Assembly: GCA_938034975.1 (NCBI GenBank) | Contig: CALHNI010000001.1 | Coordinates: forward strand, 17,641-81,640 | From: Candidatus Goldiibacteriota bacterium | Lineage (GTDB): Bacteria; Oederibacteriota; PGYV01; DYJU01 | Length of the DNA: 64,000 nt | Direction: 5' to 3' | Shown here: positions 41,101 to 49,725 of the stretch, in pieces | Position numbering within the stretch: the first letter of the stretch is position 1 | Layout of the letters: every line of letters begins with the position of its first letter | Made by a program: the position numbers and the translations under genes | The notes under the pieces: model-generated | What the model was told of the DNA's origin: nothing | Database searches by the model: none | The model's input: the letters and a program-made list of their open reading frames with translations, nothing else

Positions 41101-42676
41101 TATAAATTTAGAAAATATTGCATGGATAAAAGGTGATAAAGAAGCACCTGTCTCTGATAATGCACAGGTTATTTTAAGATGCCCATCTGTAATACCAAAT
41201 ACTTATACACCAACTATTACATCAACACCTACTAACACATCAACAAACACAGCAACAAGAACAAGAACTAATACTTCCACAAACACTTTTACTTATACTT
41301 TTACAAATTCACCCACTTTATCTTTAACTCCTTCTTTTACTTTTACTCCTACTAACTCACTAACCAATTCGCCAACTAATTCTATAACCAATTCATCAAC
41401 TAATACTTATTCCATGACTTTAACTTTTACAAAAACTTTTACTCCTACTTTTTCTAATACTGTATCTTCTACTTTTACTTCTACTTTTACTCCCACAAAC
41501 ACATCCACTTCTTCTTTTACTGAAACTGTAACCGGCACTCAACCACCTACATGGACTTTTACCAATACTTTTACTGTTACCTTTACCTTTACACCTACTT
41601 TTACTTTTACATTTACTTTTACTCCTTCTTCATCATTTACACCTACTTTTACTTTTACTGCCACAAATACTGCATCATTTACTTTTACTAATTCTCCTTC
41701 CAGAACATTTACTTATACTTATACTCCAACTCATACTACAACAGGCACTCCACCCCCCAGTTTTACTTTTACCAACACTTTTACTTTTTCTCCTTCTTTT
41801 ACGCCTTCTTTTTCTCATACTATAACTTTTTCACATACTTTTACTTTTACTCCTTCTGCTTCTTACACTTTTACCATCTCGCCAACCCCTTCTTTTACTT
41901 TTTCAAATACAAATACTTTTACATTTACACGCACTCATACCCCTTCTTTTACTTTTACCAGTTCTTTTACTATAACTTCTACACCTACTATTACACCTAC
42001 ACAACGTCCTTCTCCTGTTGACTTAATCATTACTCTTGCTGCTTATGGTGAAGAATCAAGACCAGGTGCACAAATAACTTATTCCATAAATATAAAAAAT
42101 CCTTCTTCTTCACCTGTATATAATATCTCTGTATGGGATACTCTGCCTGATGAAGTTATTTTTAAGGAAAATAAATTCAGCCAAGCTCCTGTTTTAAACA
42201 ACAACGTCTTAAGATGGGACTTAGGTACTTTGGTCCTTGAACCGGGTAAAATAATTACAATTGAATTTACCGTTGAAATAACAAACATTATTCCTGAAAA
42301 ATTGCCCATAACAAACAGGGTCTCTGTTGATTACAATGACCAGCATTATACTGACCCGTATGATAAGCATCCGCCGATTACTTCTGATATGTCTTTTTAT
42401 CCAGTAGGCGAAGTTGTTGTATACCCAAATCCTTTTAATCCAGAAACAGCTAAAGATAAAAAATTAAAATTTGAAAACATAATTCCTGGTTCAGTGATAC
42501 AGATTTTCACAATATCAGGCGAGATGGTAAACACATTATATGCACAAAATATAATAGTATACTGGGATGGGAAAAACAGGTATGGTAAAGAAATTTCTCC
42601 AGGTATTTATTTATTCATTATAACCAATAAACAGACAGGTTCAATAAAAAAAGGAAGGATTTTTGTAATAAAATAA
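38177..42676 (+). CDS. Secreted GH8-like hydrolase + DUF11 repeats + Thr-rich tract + T9SS-like/FlgD-Ig CTD
   Basis: CSEGHGYALL, SAADGDVDIALA, DYSAPYY; DUF11 units (K..PGE/Q.ITY..N....DTLP); CTD VYPNPF...IFTISGE...WDGKN...SPGIY. Confidence 0.85.
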   Translation: MKKFLLFMFLYLLININNIFSAITVNINSGNPAMPFPQFNNYPAGGQTTIYSIADWAHLPDGVSHAEMEKWIRDAYQIMMNRANYAGGTICGVQGIRFESSPFCSEGHGYALLAAALMGDKTTFDGLWFYLNDNCWFNKIPRYRDGTICTPGYAYGVHVPGWNGPGADSAADGDVDIALAALIAWRQWGDNTGYTRWDGQPIRYKDMALDMMRFLVEKYLDPNNKYVSGIIGYDGYAKGGNTWKELTNWYIGPDVLEYPGPQETWYDYSAPYYYRCFAEALQLNGESRDIGWNITQFIRAAAAMNWTQGQLAASSHLTTFAGKYSINGTNVTFTNANPGGEDFRTPWRHALDYLFYGNPNISWNPTTHLTFTASNTYEKDAAIKLANYLNDPQSYGVYGCKSYGSSPITYRGTPSIVEFNLDGSPFWTFHQIKTFGAASPAIVASQNFDLMGQWFRESMIEWDVESAGDGYLTSVPAYFHGFFRVLSLLVLTGNYLSPCNLYPQANMKIYKSVNKTYTFPGETLTYWLNYRNYGSVQANNVYIRDTLPSAFEYVSSTPVYNAANSNPGANVYEWGPFTVPGLQNQNYAATMGGVTLVVRVKQTALQDKYCNTADIRTSNGTGWTSSDEANEITSILKTNCVDIVAAALTITKTANVSLVNPGQTITYTIDFCNSSQAGWIEGGHSGVIFAGGVNGLPGSASSQLILDIAAHHEAAEPVIDWGNYRISYFINSPYHGSNWQLYINSISPNNHNLILSTETYSACTPTPCYDSATGKYWNQRIMIQPASLPSAPTHHLYNYYGNMGRIHLGTATSPLYFEVRITAGYQNQDWTDDWSQQTLATSVGGPAEMMFPISPDWTDGIPSTPGIILNKVNKHACQTTSTRIENILIEEWDGYTWRRVFGNGPMPGREVTGVVVYDSLPNNLIWGGFINTYGTCTYNAGNRTIQCNIGNMQINQCGQIKYYAIAQDPGCPVSDINLENIAWIKGDKEAPVSDNAQVILRCPSVIPNTYTPTITSTPTNTSTNTATRTRTNTSTNTFTYTFTNSPTLSLTPSFTFTPTNSLTNSPTNSITNSSTNTYSMTLTFTKTFTPTFSNTVSSTFTSTFTPTNTSTSSFTETVTGTQPPTWTFTNTFTVTFTFTPTFTFTFTFTPSSSFTPTFTFTATNTASFTFTNSPSRTFTYTYTPTHTTTGTPPPSFTFTNTFTFSPSFTPSFSHTITFSHTFTFTPSASYTFTISPTPSFTFSNTNTFTFTRTHTPSFTFTSSFTITSTPTITPTQRPSPVDLIITLAAYGEESRPGAQITYSINIKNPSSSPVYNISVWDTLPDEVIFKENKFSQAPVLNNNVLRWDLGTLVLEPGKIITIEFTVEITNIIPEKLPITNRVSVDYNDQHYTDPYDKHPPITSDMSFYPVGEVVVYPNPFNPETAKDKKLKFENIIPGSVIQIFTISGEMVNTLYAQNIIVYWDGKNRYGKEISPGIYLFIITNKQTGSIKKGRIFVIK

Positions 42677-42713
42677 TAAAATTATATTTACTTTTTAACA
42701 TAATCAAATAACC

Positions 42714-43022
42714 CTGTAAAAACACATTAAAAATTTTTTTCACGAAAAAACAAGGATATTTTTATAATGCATTATTTTTATTATGCCGTTTTTTTAATTT
42801 AAAATAAAACAAAGCAAGAGTTTATTTAAGCGTTAGAAAAAGCGTTTTTACGGAAATATAAAATATTTCTGCCTTTTTGGTTTAATAATTTTTTATTTTT
42901 ATAGTAAATTACTTTAATTCACCTGTTTTTTTAATTTTAAAAACAAGTTCACTCTTAAAACTATTATTTATTTATTTATAATATATTTCTTTTGAAAATA
43001 AATAGTAAATTGCGATTTTCAG
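42714..43022 (+). repeat. Two tandem partial copies (8 and 9) of the dispersed element
   Basis: CTGTAAAAACAC...TATAATGCATTA...AAAATAAAAC, then GCGTTAGAAAAAGCGTTTTTACGG...TTCACCTG...TTGCGATTTTCAG. Confidence 0.85.
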
Positions 43023-43096
43023 TTAACAATTTTAAATTGCTAATTTTTTTCTATTTAGTATAATTAACCCAATATCAATTCATAAAAGGCAATATA

Positions 43097-44434
43097 ATGT
43101 TAAAATACGATTTCAGGACAATTTCATTAAAAATATTAACAGATGTTTTTAAAAGCAAACGCTGGGCCAAAGAATCAATTGAAGAAAATTTAAATACAAT
43201 TGATAATATACATGGAGATATTAAAAAAGTTTATGAACTTACATATGGGATTTTACGCAATAAAAATTTAATTGATTATTATATTTCAAGATATATAAAA
43301 AAACCGGTTACAGATATTATGTTGCAAAATATTTTAAGAATCGGTTATTACCAGATATATCATATGAATTCAATTCCACCCTATGCTGCAATTAATACAT
43401 GTGTTGAACTTGCCAAAAATTTTATTCATCCCAAAACATCAGGTTTTGTAAATGCTGTATTAAGGAATATTTTAAGATATAAAAATGAAAAAGTTAATAT
43501 CCATGCAAAAGATAATATTGAGTATTTTAGTATTAAATATTCTTATGAACCATGGATGATAAAATTTTTTCTAAAATATTATGATGAAAAAACCGTTGAA
43601 CAGATATTAAAATCCGGCAATGAAAAACCACCTGTTTTTATTAGAACAAATCTTTTAAAAATAAAAAGTCAGGAATTAGAAAAAGAACTAAAAAATCTGA
43701 ATATTTTTATAAAACCAGTTAAAATTTTAAAAAATGCTTTTTTAGTTGAAAAAGGCGACCCAATAAAAACACCATCATTTGAAAATGGCTTTTTTTATGT
43801 TCAGGATTTGTCTTCACAACTTTTGGGATACTTTACTGATGCACAACCTAATGAAATAATAATGGATGTGGCTAGCGCACCTGGTGGTAAAACTATTTAT
43901 TGTGCTATAAATATGAAAAACAAAGGGAAAATAATTTCAATAGAATTAAAAAAAGAAAGAATTTTAATGATGGAAAGGAATTTTATGCGGCTTGGTATTA
44001 AAAACGTAGAAATTATTCAACAGGACGCAACCTTTGATATACCAAATTTTAAAGACAAAGCCGATAAAATTATTCTTGATGCACCATGCTCGGGTCTGGG
44101 AGTTATACGACGCCATCCTGAAAAAAAATGGTGTTTAAAAGAAGAAATTCTTTTTTCTTTTCCAGAATTACAGATTAAATTACTGAATAATGTAAAAAAC
44201 TGGGTAAAAAAAGACGGATTATTGTTTTATTCCACCTGCACCATAAATCCGGAAGAAAATGAAAATTTAATTGCAAAATTTTTAAAACAAAACAAGAATT
44301 TTAAACTGTGTAATTTAATATATAAAAATAATAAATTAAAAACTTATATGAAAGAAAATTTCTTTTTATCCCTGCCAGGAAACAAAGATAATATGGATGG
44401 CTTTTTTATTGCAAAACTTAAAAGAGACCTATAA
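43097..44434 (+). CDS. rsmB: 16S rRNA m5C967 methyltransferase
   Basis: NusB-like N-domain GFVNAVLR; VQD, ASAPGGK, DAPCSGLG, YSTCT, DGFFIA. Confidence 0.95.
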   Translation: MLKYDFRTISLKILTDVFKSKRWAKESIEENLNTIDNIHGDIKKVYELTYGILRNKNLIDYYISRYIKKPVTDIMLQNILRIGYYQIYHMNSIPPYAAINTCVELAKNFIHPKTSGFVNAVLRNILRYKNEKVNIHAKDNIEYFSIKYSYEPWMIKFFLKYYDEKTVEQILKSGNEKPPVFIRTNLLKIKSQELEKELKNLNIFIKPVKILKNAFLVEKGDPIKTPSFENGFFYVQDLSSQLLGYFTDAQPNEIIMDVASAPGGKTIYCAINMKNKGKIISIELKKERILMMERNFMRLGIKNVEIIQQDATFDIPNFKDKADKIILDAPCSGLGVIRRHPEKKWCLKEEILFSFPELQIKLLNNVKNWVKKDGLLFYSTCTINPEENENLIAKFLKQNKNFKLCNLIYKNNKLKTYMKENFFLSLPGNKDNMDGFFIAKLKRDL

Positions 44435-45250
44435 CTTTTTTAAATTTTCTATACGTTGTTTTAATGTAGGATGCGTTGAAAAAAGAGATGCAAAAAAATC
44501 TCCTTTTAATGGATTTACAATAAACATATGTGCTGTTGATGGTTCTATATTAGCAGGTTTTGTTTTGACTGACTGATGCAATTTTTCAAGAGCACTTATC
44601 AAATCCTGTGGTCTTCCTGTAATTTGAGCACTCCCAGCATCTGCTGCATATTCCCTTGATCGGGATATTGCAAGTTGTATTAAAAGTGCTGCAATTGGAG
44701 CAAGAATCAAAAGGAGTAATGCCATTATCCCACTGCTACCGCGCTCATCATCTCTCCCACCAAAAAAGAATGCCATCCGTGCAAGCATTGTAATTGCACC
44801 GGCAAATGTTGCTGCAACTGTTCCGGTTAATATATCATAATGTTTTATATGAGACAATTCATGGGCAATTACTGCTTCTAATTCTCTTTTGTCTAATATA
44901 TCCAGTATTCCAGTGGTTAATGCAACAGCTGAATGAGAAGGATTCCTGCCTGTTGCAAATGCATTTGCCATCCTTTCGTTAATTATATAAACTTTTGGCA
45001 TAGGAATACCTGCATTTATTGATAATTTTTCAACCATTGAATAAATTTCAGGGGCATCTTCTTTTTTTATTGGTTTAGCCCCATACATCGTAAGCACAAT
45101 TTTATCCGAAAACCAGTAACTGAAAAAATTCATAAGCAAAGCAAAAAAGAATGCATAAATCATACCAGTCTGTCCACCGATTAAATCCCCAATATATATA
45201 AAAAGAGCTGTTAGGATTCCCATGAGTAAAAAAGTTTTAAATTGATTCAT
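44429..45250 (-). CDS. htpX: Zinc metalloprotease HtpX
   Basis: NAFATGRNP, HELSH, SRSREY.AD, FSTHP. Confidence 0.96.
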   Translation of the reverse strand: MNQFKTFLLMGILTALFIYIGDLIGGQTGMIYAFFFALLMNFFSYWFSDKIVLTMYGAKPIKKEDAPEIYSMVEKLSINAGIPMPKVYIINERMANAFATGRNPSHSAVALTTGILDILDKRELEAVIAHELSHIKHYDILTGTVAATFAGAITMLARMAFFFGGRDDERGSSGIMALLLLILAPIAALLIQLAISRSREYAADAGSAQITGRPQDLISALEKLHQSVKTKPANIEPSTAHMFIVNPLKGDFFASLFSTHPTLKQRIENLKKL

Positions 45251-45298
45251 TGAAAATCGCCTCCTTTTTATATAAAAAATATTTAATTCAGGAATTAT

Positions 45299-45670
45299 TT
45301 ATTCTTCTACTAATTTTGCAATAAAATTTTTATCTTCTTCTTTTAATACCAAAAATTCTATACCTGTTCTGAATTTATTTAAACTTGCATCTTTAGCACA
45401 CCATCTTACTTCTGCAAAAGTAATTATCGGTTCTTCTTTTCCTTCCGGCTTGAATTCAATTCTTAATATTTGCTCTTTCTGTAATTCATTTTCCCCAATT
45501 AACTGGATTCCACCAACGCTGATATTTGCTGATTCAACTTCTTTTTTAAAAGCTTCCTGTTTTATATTCTGTATTTCATTTTGAGCAGAAACTAATTTGT
45601 AATTTACTTTAAACTTTTTATCAACTCTTTTATATTTTCTCCTTTCTACAAAAATTTCACCTTCTGGCAT
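45299..45670 (-). CDS. PilZ-domain c-di-GMP-binding protein
   Basis: ERRKYKR and NISVGG; VRW...GIEF. Confidence 0.9.
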   Translation of the reverse strand: MPEGEIFVERRKYKRVDKKFKVNYKLVSAQNEIQNIKQEAFKKEVESANISVGGIQLIGENELQKEQILRIEFKPEGKEEPIITFAEVRWCAKDASLNKFRTGIEFLVLKEEDKNFIAKLVEE

Positions 45671-45799
45671 TTTAAATCATCTCCTTTATTTTTTTATTAT
45701 TTTAATATTAAAAAAAATTTTTTTCAATAAAAAAAAGTTTGACCTTGTCTTTTTTTTAATTTAAAATAATAACAAATTAAAACAGGAGGTCTTTTAATA

Positions 45800-46303
45800 A
45801 TGAAAAAGTTGCTTTATTTCTTAATTATTTTATTGGTATTTTCACAACAATTTTTATATTCAGCATCTAAAACAAAAACATCAACAAGTCTTTATTATTC
45901 TGAAACTTACAAAGCAGCCAAAGGTTTTGGTGCAGGACTTATTTTTGGTCTTTCAAGCGGTATCAGTTTAAAAAACTGGATATCACGCGAAGGTGCTTTA
46001 CAATTTGATATCAGCTGGGATTTTCACTGGGCTGCTTTCGGTGTTGGAATTGCTTATTTATTTCATAATTTTAAACTAATTACAGTTAAAGATAGTTTAC
46101 TACCACTTTATTTTGGAATAAAAGGATGGTTAGGGCTTTCTTCTCATTCAATGGCTCTTGGTGTTCAGGTTCCGATTGGTATTGTATGGATTCCCAAAGA
46201 AGCGCCAATTGATGTCTTTTTACAAATAGAACCAGGAATTGGCTTGATTCCTTCTACCGGATTTGCACCTAATGCAGGAATTGGTATCCGGTATTATTTC
46301 TAA
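45800..46303 (+). CDS. Small outer-membrane beta-barrel protein
   Basis: Signal peptide, Gly/aromatic amphipathic strands, C-terminal GIRYYF. Confidence 0.75.
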   Translation: MKKLLYFLIILLVFSQQFLYSASKTKTSTSLYYSETYKAAKGFGAGLIFGLSSGISLKNWISREGALQFDISWDFHWAAFGVGIAYLFHNFKLITVKDSLLPLYFGIKGWLGLSSHSMALGVQVPIGIVWIPKEAPIDVFLQIEPGIGLIPSTGFAPNAGIGIRYYF

Positions 46304-46346
46304 AATAAATTAAAAATCAGGGTTACGAATTAAACATAACCTTGCT

Positions 46347-46557
46347 CCGAAAAACGCATTAGCGTTTTTCAAGAAAAAAAGGGATATAAAAAAGTTTATA
46401 AACAAATAAGAATTTTATTTGAAAGTGTACTTATTTTTTAAATTAAAAAACAGGTGAATTAAAGTAATGCATTATAAAAATAAAAAATTATCAAACAAAA
46501 AAAAACAAAAATATTTTATATTTCCGTAAAAACGCATTAGAAAATGCGTTTTTACGG
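46347..46557 (-). repeat. Dispersed double-hairpin element, copy 10 (perfect hairpin A)
   Basis: 46524-46557 CCGTAAAAACGCATT-AGAA-AATGCGTTTTTACGG (15-bp perfect stem); CAGGTGAATTAAAGTAATGCATTA core; A-like hairpin at the other end. Confidence 0.92.
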
Positions 46558-46577
46558 CCTTGATTTTAATATTTTAA

Positions 46578-47225
46578 TTACAGATAATATCTGATAATTA
46601 CTGGCATTACAGCAAAATCTTCAACTAATGAAAATACAAAACTTGTATCAGATGAACCGCCGGCACTCACACTTTTAAATCCAAACCCTAAACCTATTGA
46701 ACTTCCTATACTTAGATCATTACTTATAGGTCCTAAAAATACTTCAAAACTTGTTCCAACATTAAAAATAAATCTAATCGTGCTTATGTCTCCTGCAAGT
46801 CCGGCATAAGAACCTAAAGACGCTAATTCTTCCAGAGTATTTTTTGAATAAGCAATCAGCATTCCTGGTGTTAAATCAACGCGTAATTTTTGATCATCAA
46901 CAAGTGGGAAAACTATATTTGTTCCTATTTTTAAACCAAATGCTGCTGGATTACCACCAATAAAACTTAACCCTGCAATACCATCTATTGCTAATTTATT
47001 GGAAACCCAGAATCTGATTGATGTTATTTTATTCATTAAATCAACACCAATACCAATTTTTTCCTTAAAAGGTGCATTTTTAGGTTCCTGGAGTGCTTTT
47101 TTTACAACAGGTTGGGTTACCTGTTTTGCTGGCTCTTCTTTTTTGGTTGTCTTTTTCTCTGCTGCAAATAATGAACTGCATAAAAAAACCAGACTTAATA
47201 ACATTATTAACAATTTTTTTCTCAT
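46578..47225 (-). CDS. Outer-membrane beta-barrel protein
   Basis: Signal peptide, amphipathic strands, C-terminal IRYYL. Confidence 0.7.
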   Translation of the reverse strand: MRKKLLIMLLSLVFLCSSLFAAEKKTTKKEEPAKQVTQPVVKKALQEPKNAPFKEKIGIGVDLMNKITSIRFWVSNKLAIDGIAGLSFIGGNPAAFGLKIGTNIVFPLVDDQKLRVDLTPGMLIAYSKNTLEELASLGSYAGLAGDISTIRFIFNVGTSFEVFLGPISNDLSIGSSIGLGFGFKSVSAGGSSDTSFVFSLVEDFAVMPVIIRYYL

Positions 47226-47226
47226 T

Positions 47227-48702
47227 TTATACCTCCTTTGAATTTTTCAAAAAATCAAAAATTAATCTTACCCCAATTCCGCTTGCTCCATAATCAGAAA
47301 TATATTCTTTATTTTTTACTTCATAAGCAGTTCCTGCTATATCAAGATGTAGCCATGGAGTATCATTTACAAACTCTTTTAAAAACATACCAGCTGTTAT
47401 AGTTGCTGCATCACCTCCTCCTGCATTTTTCAAATCTGCAAATTTGCTTTTTATTTGTTCTTTATATTCATCCCATAAAGGGAGTTCCCAAACTTTTTCA
47501 CCTGTATTATATCCTGATATTTTTATTTTTTCAATTAATTTTTCATTATTCCCCATAAGACCTATTGCATATTTTCCTAATGCCACCACACAGGCCCCTG
47601 TCAATGTTGCTATATCAATAATCATTTCCGGTCTATATTTTAATGAATATGTGATTGTATCTGCAAGAAGCAATCTTCCTTCTGCATCTGTTGAAATTAT
47701 TTCTACTGTTTTACCGGATAAAGTTTTTATTATATCCCCTGGTTTATAAGATTTTCCTGATGGCATATTTTCAGCAGATGGAATCAACCCGATAATGTTC
47801 ATTTTTAAATTTAATTCTGAAATTATTTTCATCAAAGCAATAACACATGCAGCACCTGCCATATCATACTTCATATTTTCTATTTTAGAAAGTTGTGTTG
47901 CCTGTGGTTTTAAAGATATACCACCAGAATCAAATGTTATCCCTTTTCCAATAAGAACAATTGGCTTTTCTTTTCTTTTTCCACCTGAATACTCAATAAC
48001 AATAAATCTTGCCGGCTCATCAGAACCCATGGCAACAGAATAAAAAGCATTCATCCCTATTTTTTTTATGCCCTGATTATTAAAAATTTTTAATTTTATT
48101 TTTTTATTCTGCAAAGCAATCTTTTTAGCCTGTTCTGCAAGAAAAACAGGGGTGACATAATTTGACGGAGAATTTATCAAATCCTTTGCTAAATTAACAC
48201 CATTTATTACTGTTTTTATTTCATTTATATCTGTATTTCTTAATAATAATGAATCATCCGCAATCAACAAGACCCTTTTAAGATTATTCTTTTTTTCTGT
48301 TTTAAATCTGTTATATTCATAATCAGAAAGTAAAAAACCTTCTATTTGTGCTCTTATTAAATTTTTATCTTTTATCCAGAAAAAAGTTGCTAATGCTTTA
48401 TTTTTTTCTTCTTTTGTTATCTTTGAAATAAATCCAGCTGCGTTTCTTATTTTTTCTACGTCAATTTTTTCTTTTTTCCCTAATCCTAAAAAAATTATTT
48501 TTTTTATTTGCCCTTTATGTTCAACTGTAAAAGATGTATTTTTTTTGTATCCGGCATTTATCTGTTTTAATAAATTTTTTACTTTGTTATAGTAATCCCC
48601 AAATACTTCACTTATCTTTAAATCAAAATTTTCAAACACAGGAACTATATATACATCTGCTTTTACATCAAGTAATTTATTTTTTTTTATAAAAATTTCC
48701 AC
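47227..48702 (-). CDS. pepA: Leucyl aminopeptidase (M17)
   Basis: GKGITFDSGG, MKYDMAG, STDAEGRL, DIATLTG, HLDIAG. Confidence 0.96.
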   Translation of the reverse strand: MEIFIKKNKLLDVKADVYIVPVFENFDLKISEVFGDYYNKVKNLLKQINAGYKKNTSFTVEHKGQIKKIIFLGLGKKEKIDVEKIRNAAGFISKITKEEKNKALATFFWIKDKNLIRAQIEGFLLSDYEYNRFKTEKKNNLKRVLLIADDSLLLRNTDINEIKTVINGVNLAKDLINSPSNYVTPVFLAEQAKKIALQNKKIKLKIFNNQGIKKIGMNAFYSVAMGSDEPARFIVIEYSGGKRKEKPIVLIGKGITFDSGGISLKPQATQLSKIENMKYDMAGAACVIALMKIISELNLKMNIIGLIPSAENMPSGKSYKPGDIIKTLSGKTVEIISTDAEGRLLLADTITYSLKYRPEMIIDIATLTGACVVALGKYAIGLMGNNEKLIEKIKISGYNTGEKVWELPLWDEYKEQIKSKFADLKNAGGGDAATITAGMFLKEFVNDTPWLHLDIAGTAYEVKNKEYISDYGASGIGVRLIFDFLKNSKEV

Positions 48703-48721
48703 AATTTAATCCTTTTTAATA

Positions 48722-49414
48722 TTATAAAAACTGTAAAATAAAATTTATTACATTTTCACTTAAAAACTTTTCTGTTTTATTTATATTACCGGTTACCAAA
48801 TTACTTTCTGTTGAAAAATCAAATGGTTTTGGGAATATTCCTTTGATTTCAATAAAAAAAGTCTTAAAATCTTCAATTGATGTTTCTATTTTAATATCAA
48901 AAGAATCAATATCCAACTGGCTCATAGCAGGGAAAAGAATTCTTGTTCCTATTAAATGTAATGGCCTTTGAAAAACATTTAATTTTTCTTCATTTAAAGA
49001 AAACATATTTTTAATTATAAATTCTCTTGTATCATTTACTCCAGGTATATTAATGAGTTTTCTAATTGCAATATTATTTACAATAAAAAAGGAAATATTA
49101 GTTGTATTCTTAAATATTTCTATAAAATCATTTATTAGTCCTATGTAATAATTTAAACTTTTATCACAAAATTCATATACCATTAAAAATCTGTCTTTCA
49201 TAATTTTATAGGTTATATTAACTTTATTATTCCCTGGTTGCATACCGGATGTCATAAAAACTCCTTCTGCATGCAAAGTAGAATATGTGCTAATGCCATG
49301 CGTATCTGAAACCTTATCAAAAATTTGTCTTATTTTTCTATCTTCTATAACTGTTGGTGCATAAAATAATTCAACAACCAAGGCGTGCAGTCTTGTTGTT
49401 ATATCCACTTTCAT
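48722..49414 (-). CDS. Hypothetical protein, probably co-transcribed with pepA
   Basis: 230-aa ORF with AGGAG RBS; no family recognised. Confidence 0.75.
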   Translation of the reverse strand: MKVDITTRLHALVVELFYAPTVIEDRKIRQIFDKVSDTHGISTYSTLHAEGVFMTSGMQPGNNKVNITYKIMKDRFLMVYEFCDKSLNYYIGLINDFIEIFKNTTNISFFIVNNIAIRKLINIPGVNDTREFIIKNMFSLNEEKLNVFQRPLHLIGTRILFPAMSQLDIDSFDIKIETSIEDFKTFFIEIKGIFPKPFDFSTESNLVTGNINKTEKFLSENVINFILQFL

Positions 49415-49481
49415 TTACTCCTTTTTGATTAATTTATTTAATATTACCAGAAAAAAAATTTTTGTAAATATATAATCTCCT

Positions 49482-49658
49482 CCTTAAAATAACAATAAAA
49501 ATTTGCGATTTTCAGAAAAAATACAAAAAAAATATTATCAAATAAAACAACACTTGTTTTTTTTATTAAAAAACGGATAAAAAAAAGTAATACTTTATAA
49601 AAATAAAAATATTTTGTTTTTCTTTAAAAACGCATTTTCTAATAATGCGTTTTTACGG
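49482..49658 (-). repeat. Dispersed double-hairpin element, copy 11
   Basis: TTGCGATTTTCAG, AAAACAACAC, TAAAAACGCATTTTCTAATAATGCGTTTTTACGG. Confidence 0.88.
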
Positions 49659-49725
49659 TTTTATTACTTGGTTTTTAAAGTTAATCTGTTATAATATAAT
49701 AAAGCTTAATTTAATGGAGATTTTT

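Noticed and set aside
46524-46557. Hairpins as simple intrinsic terminators only
   Set aside because: They may terminate, but ~150 bp of ordered internal motifs is shared between copies, and several copies lie between divergent genes where no terminator is needed
49645-49725. ORF-track N-terminal extension of the 7TM kinase (MRFYGF...)
   Set aside because: That ATG lies inside hairpin A, upstream of the predicted promoter; the RBS supports 49726
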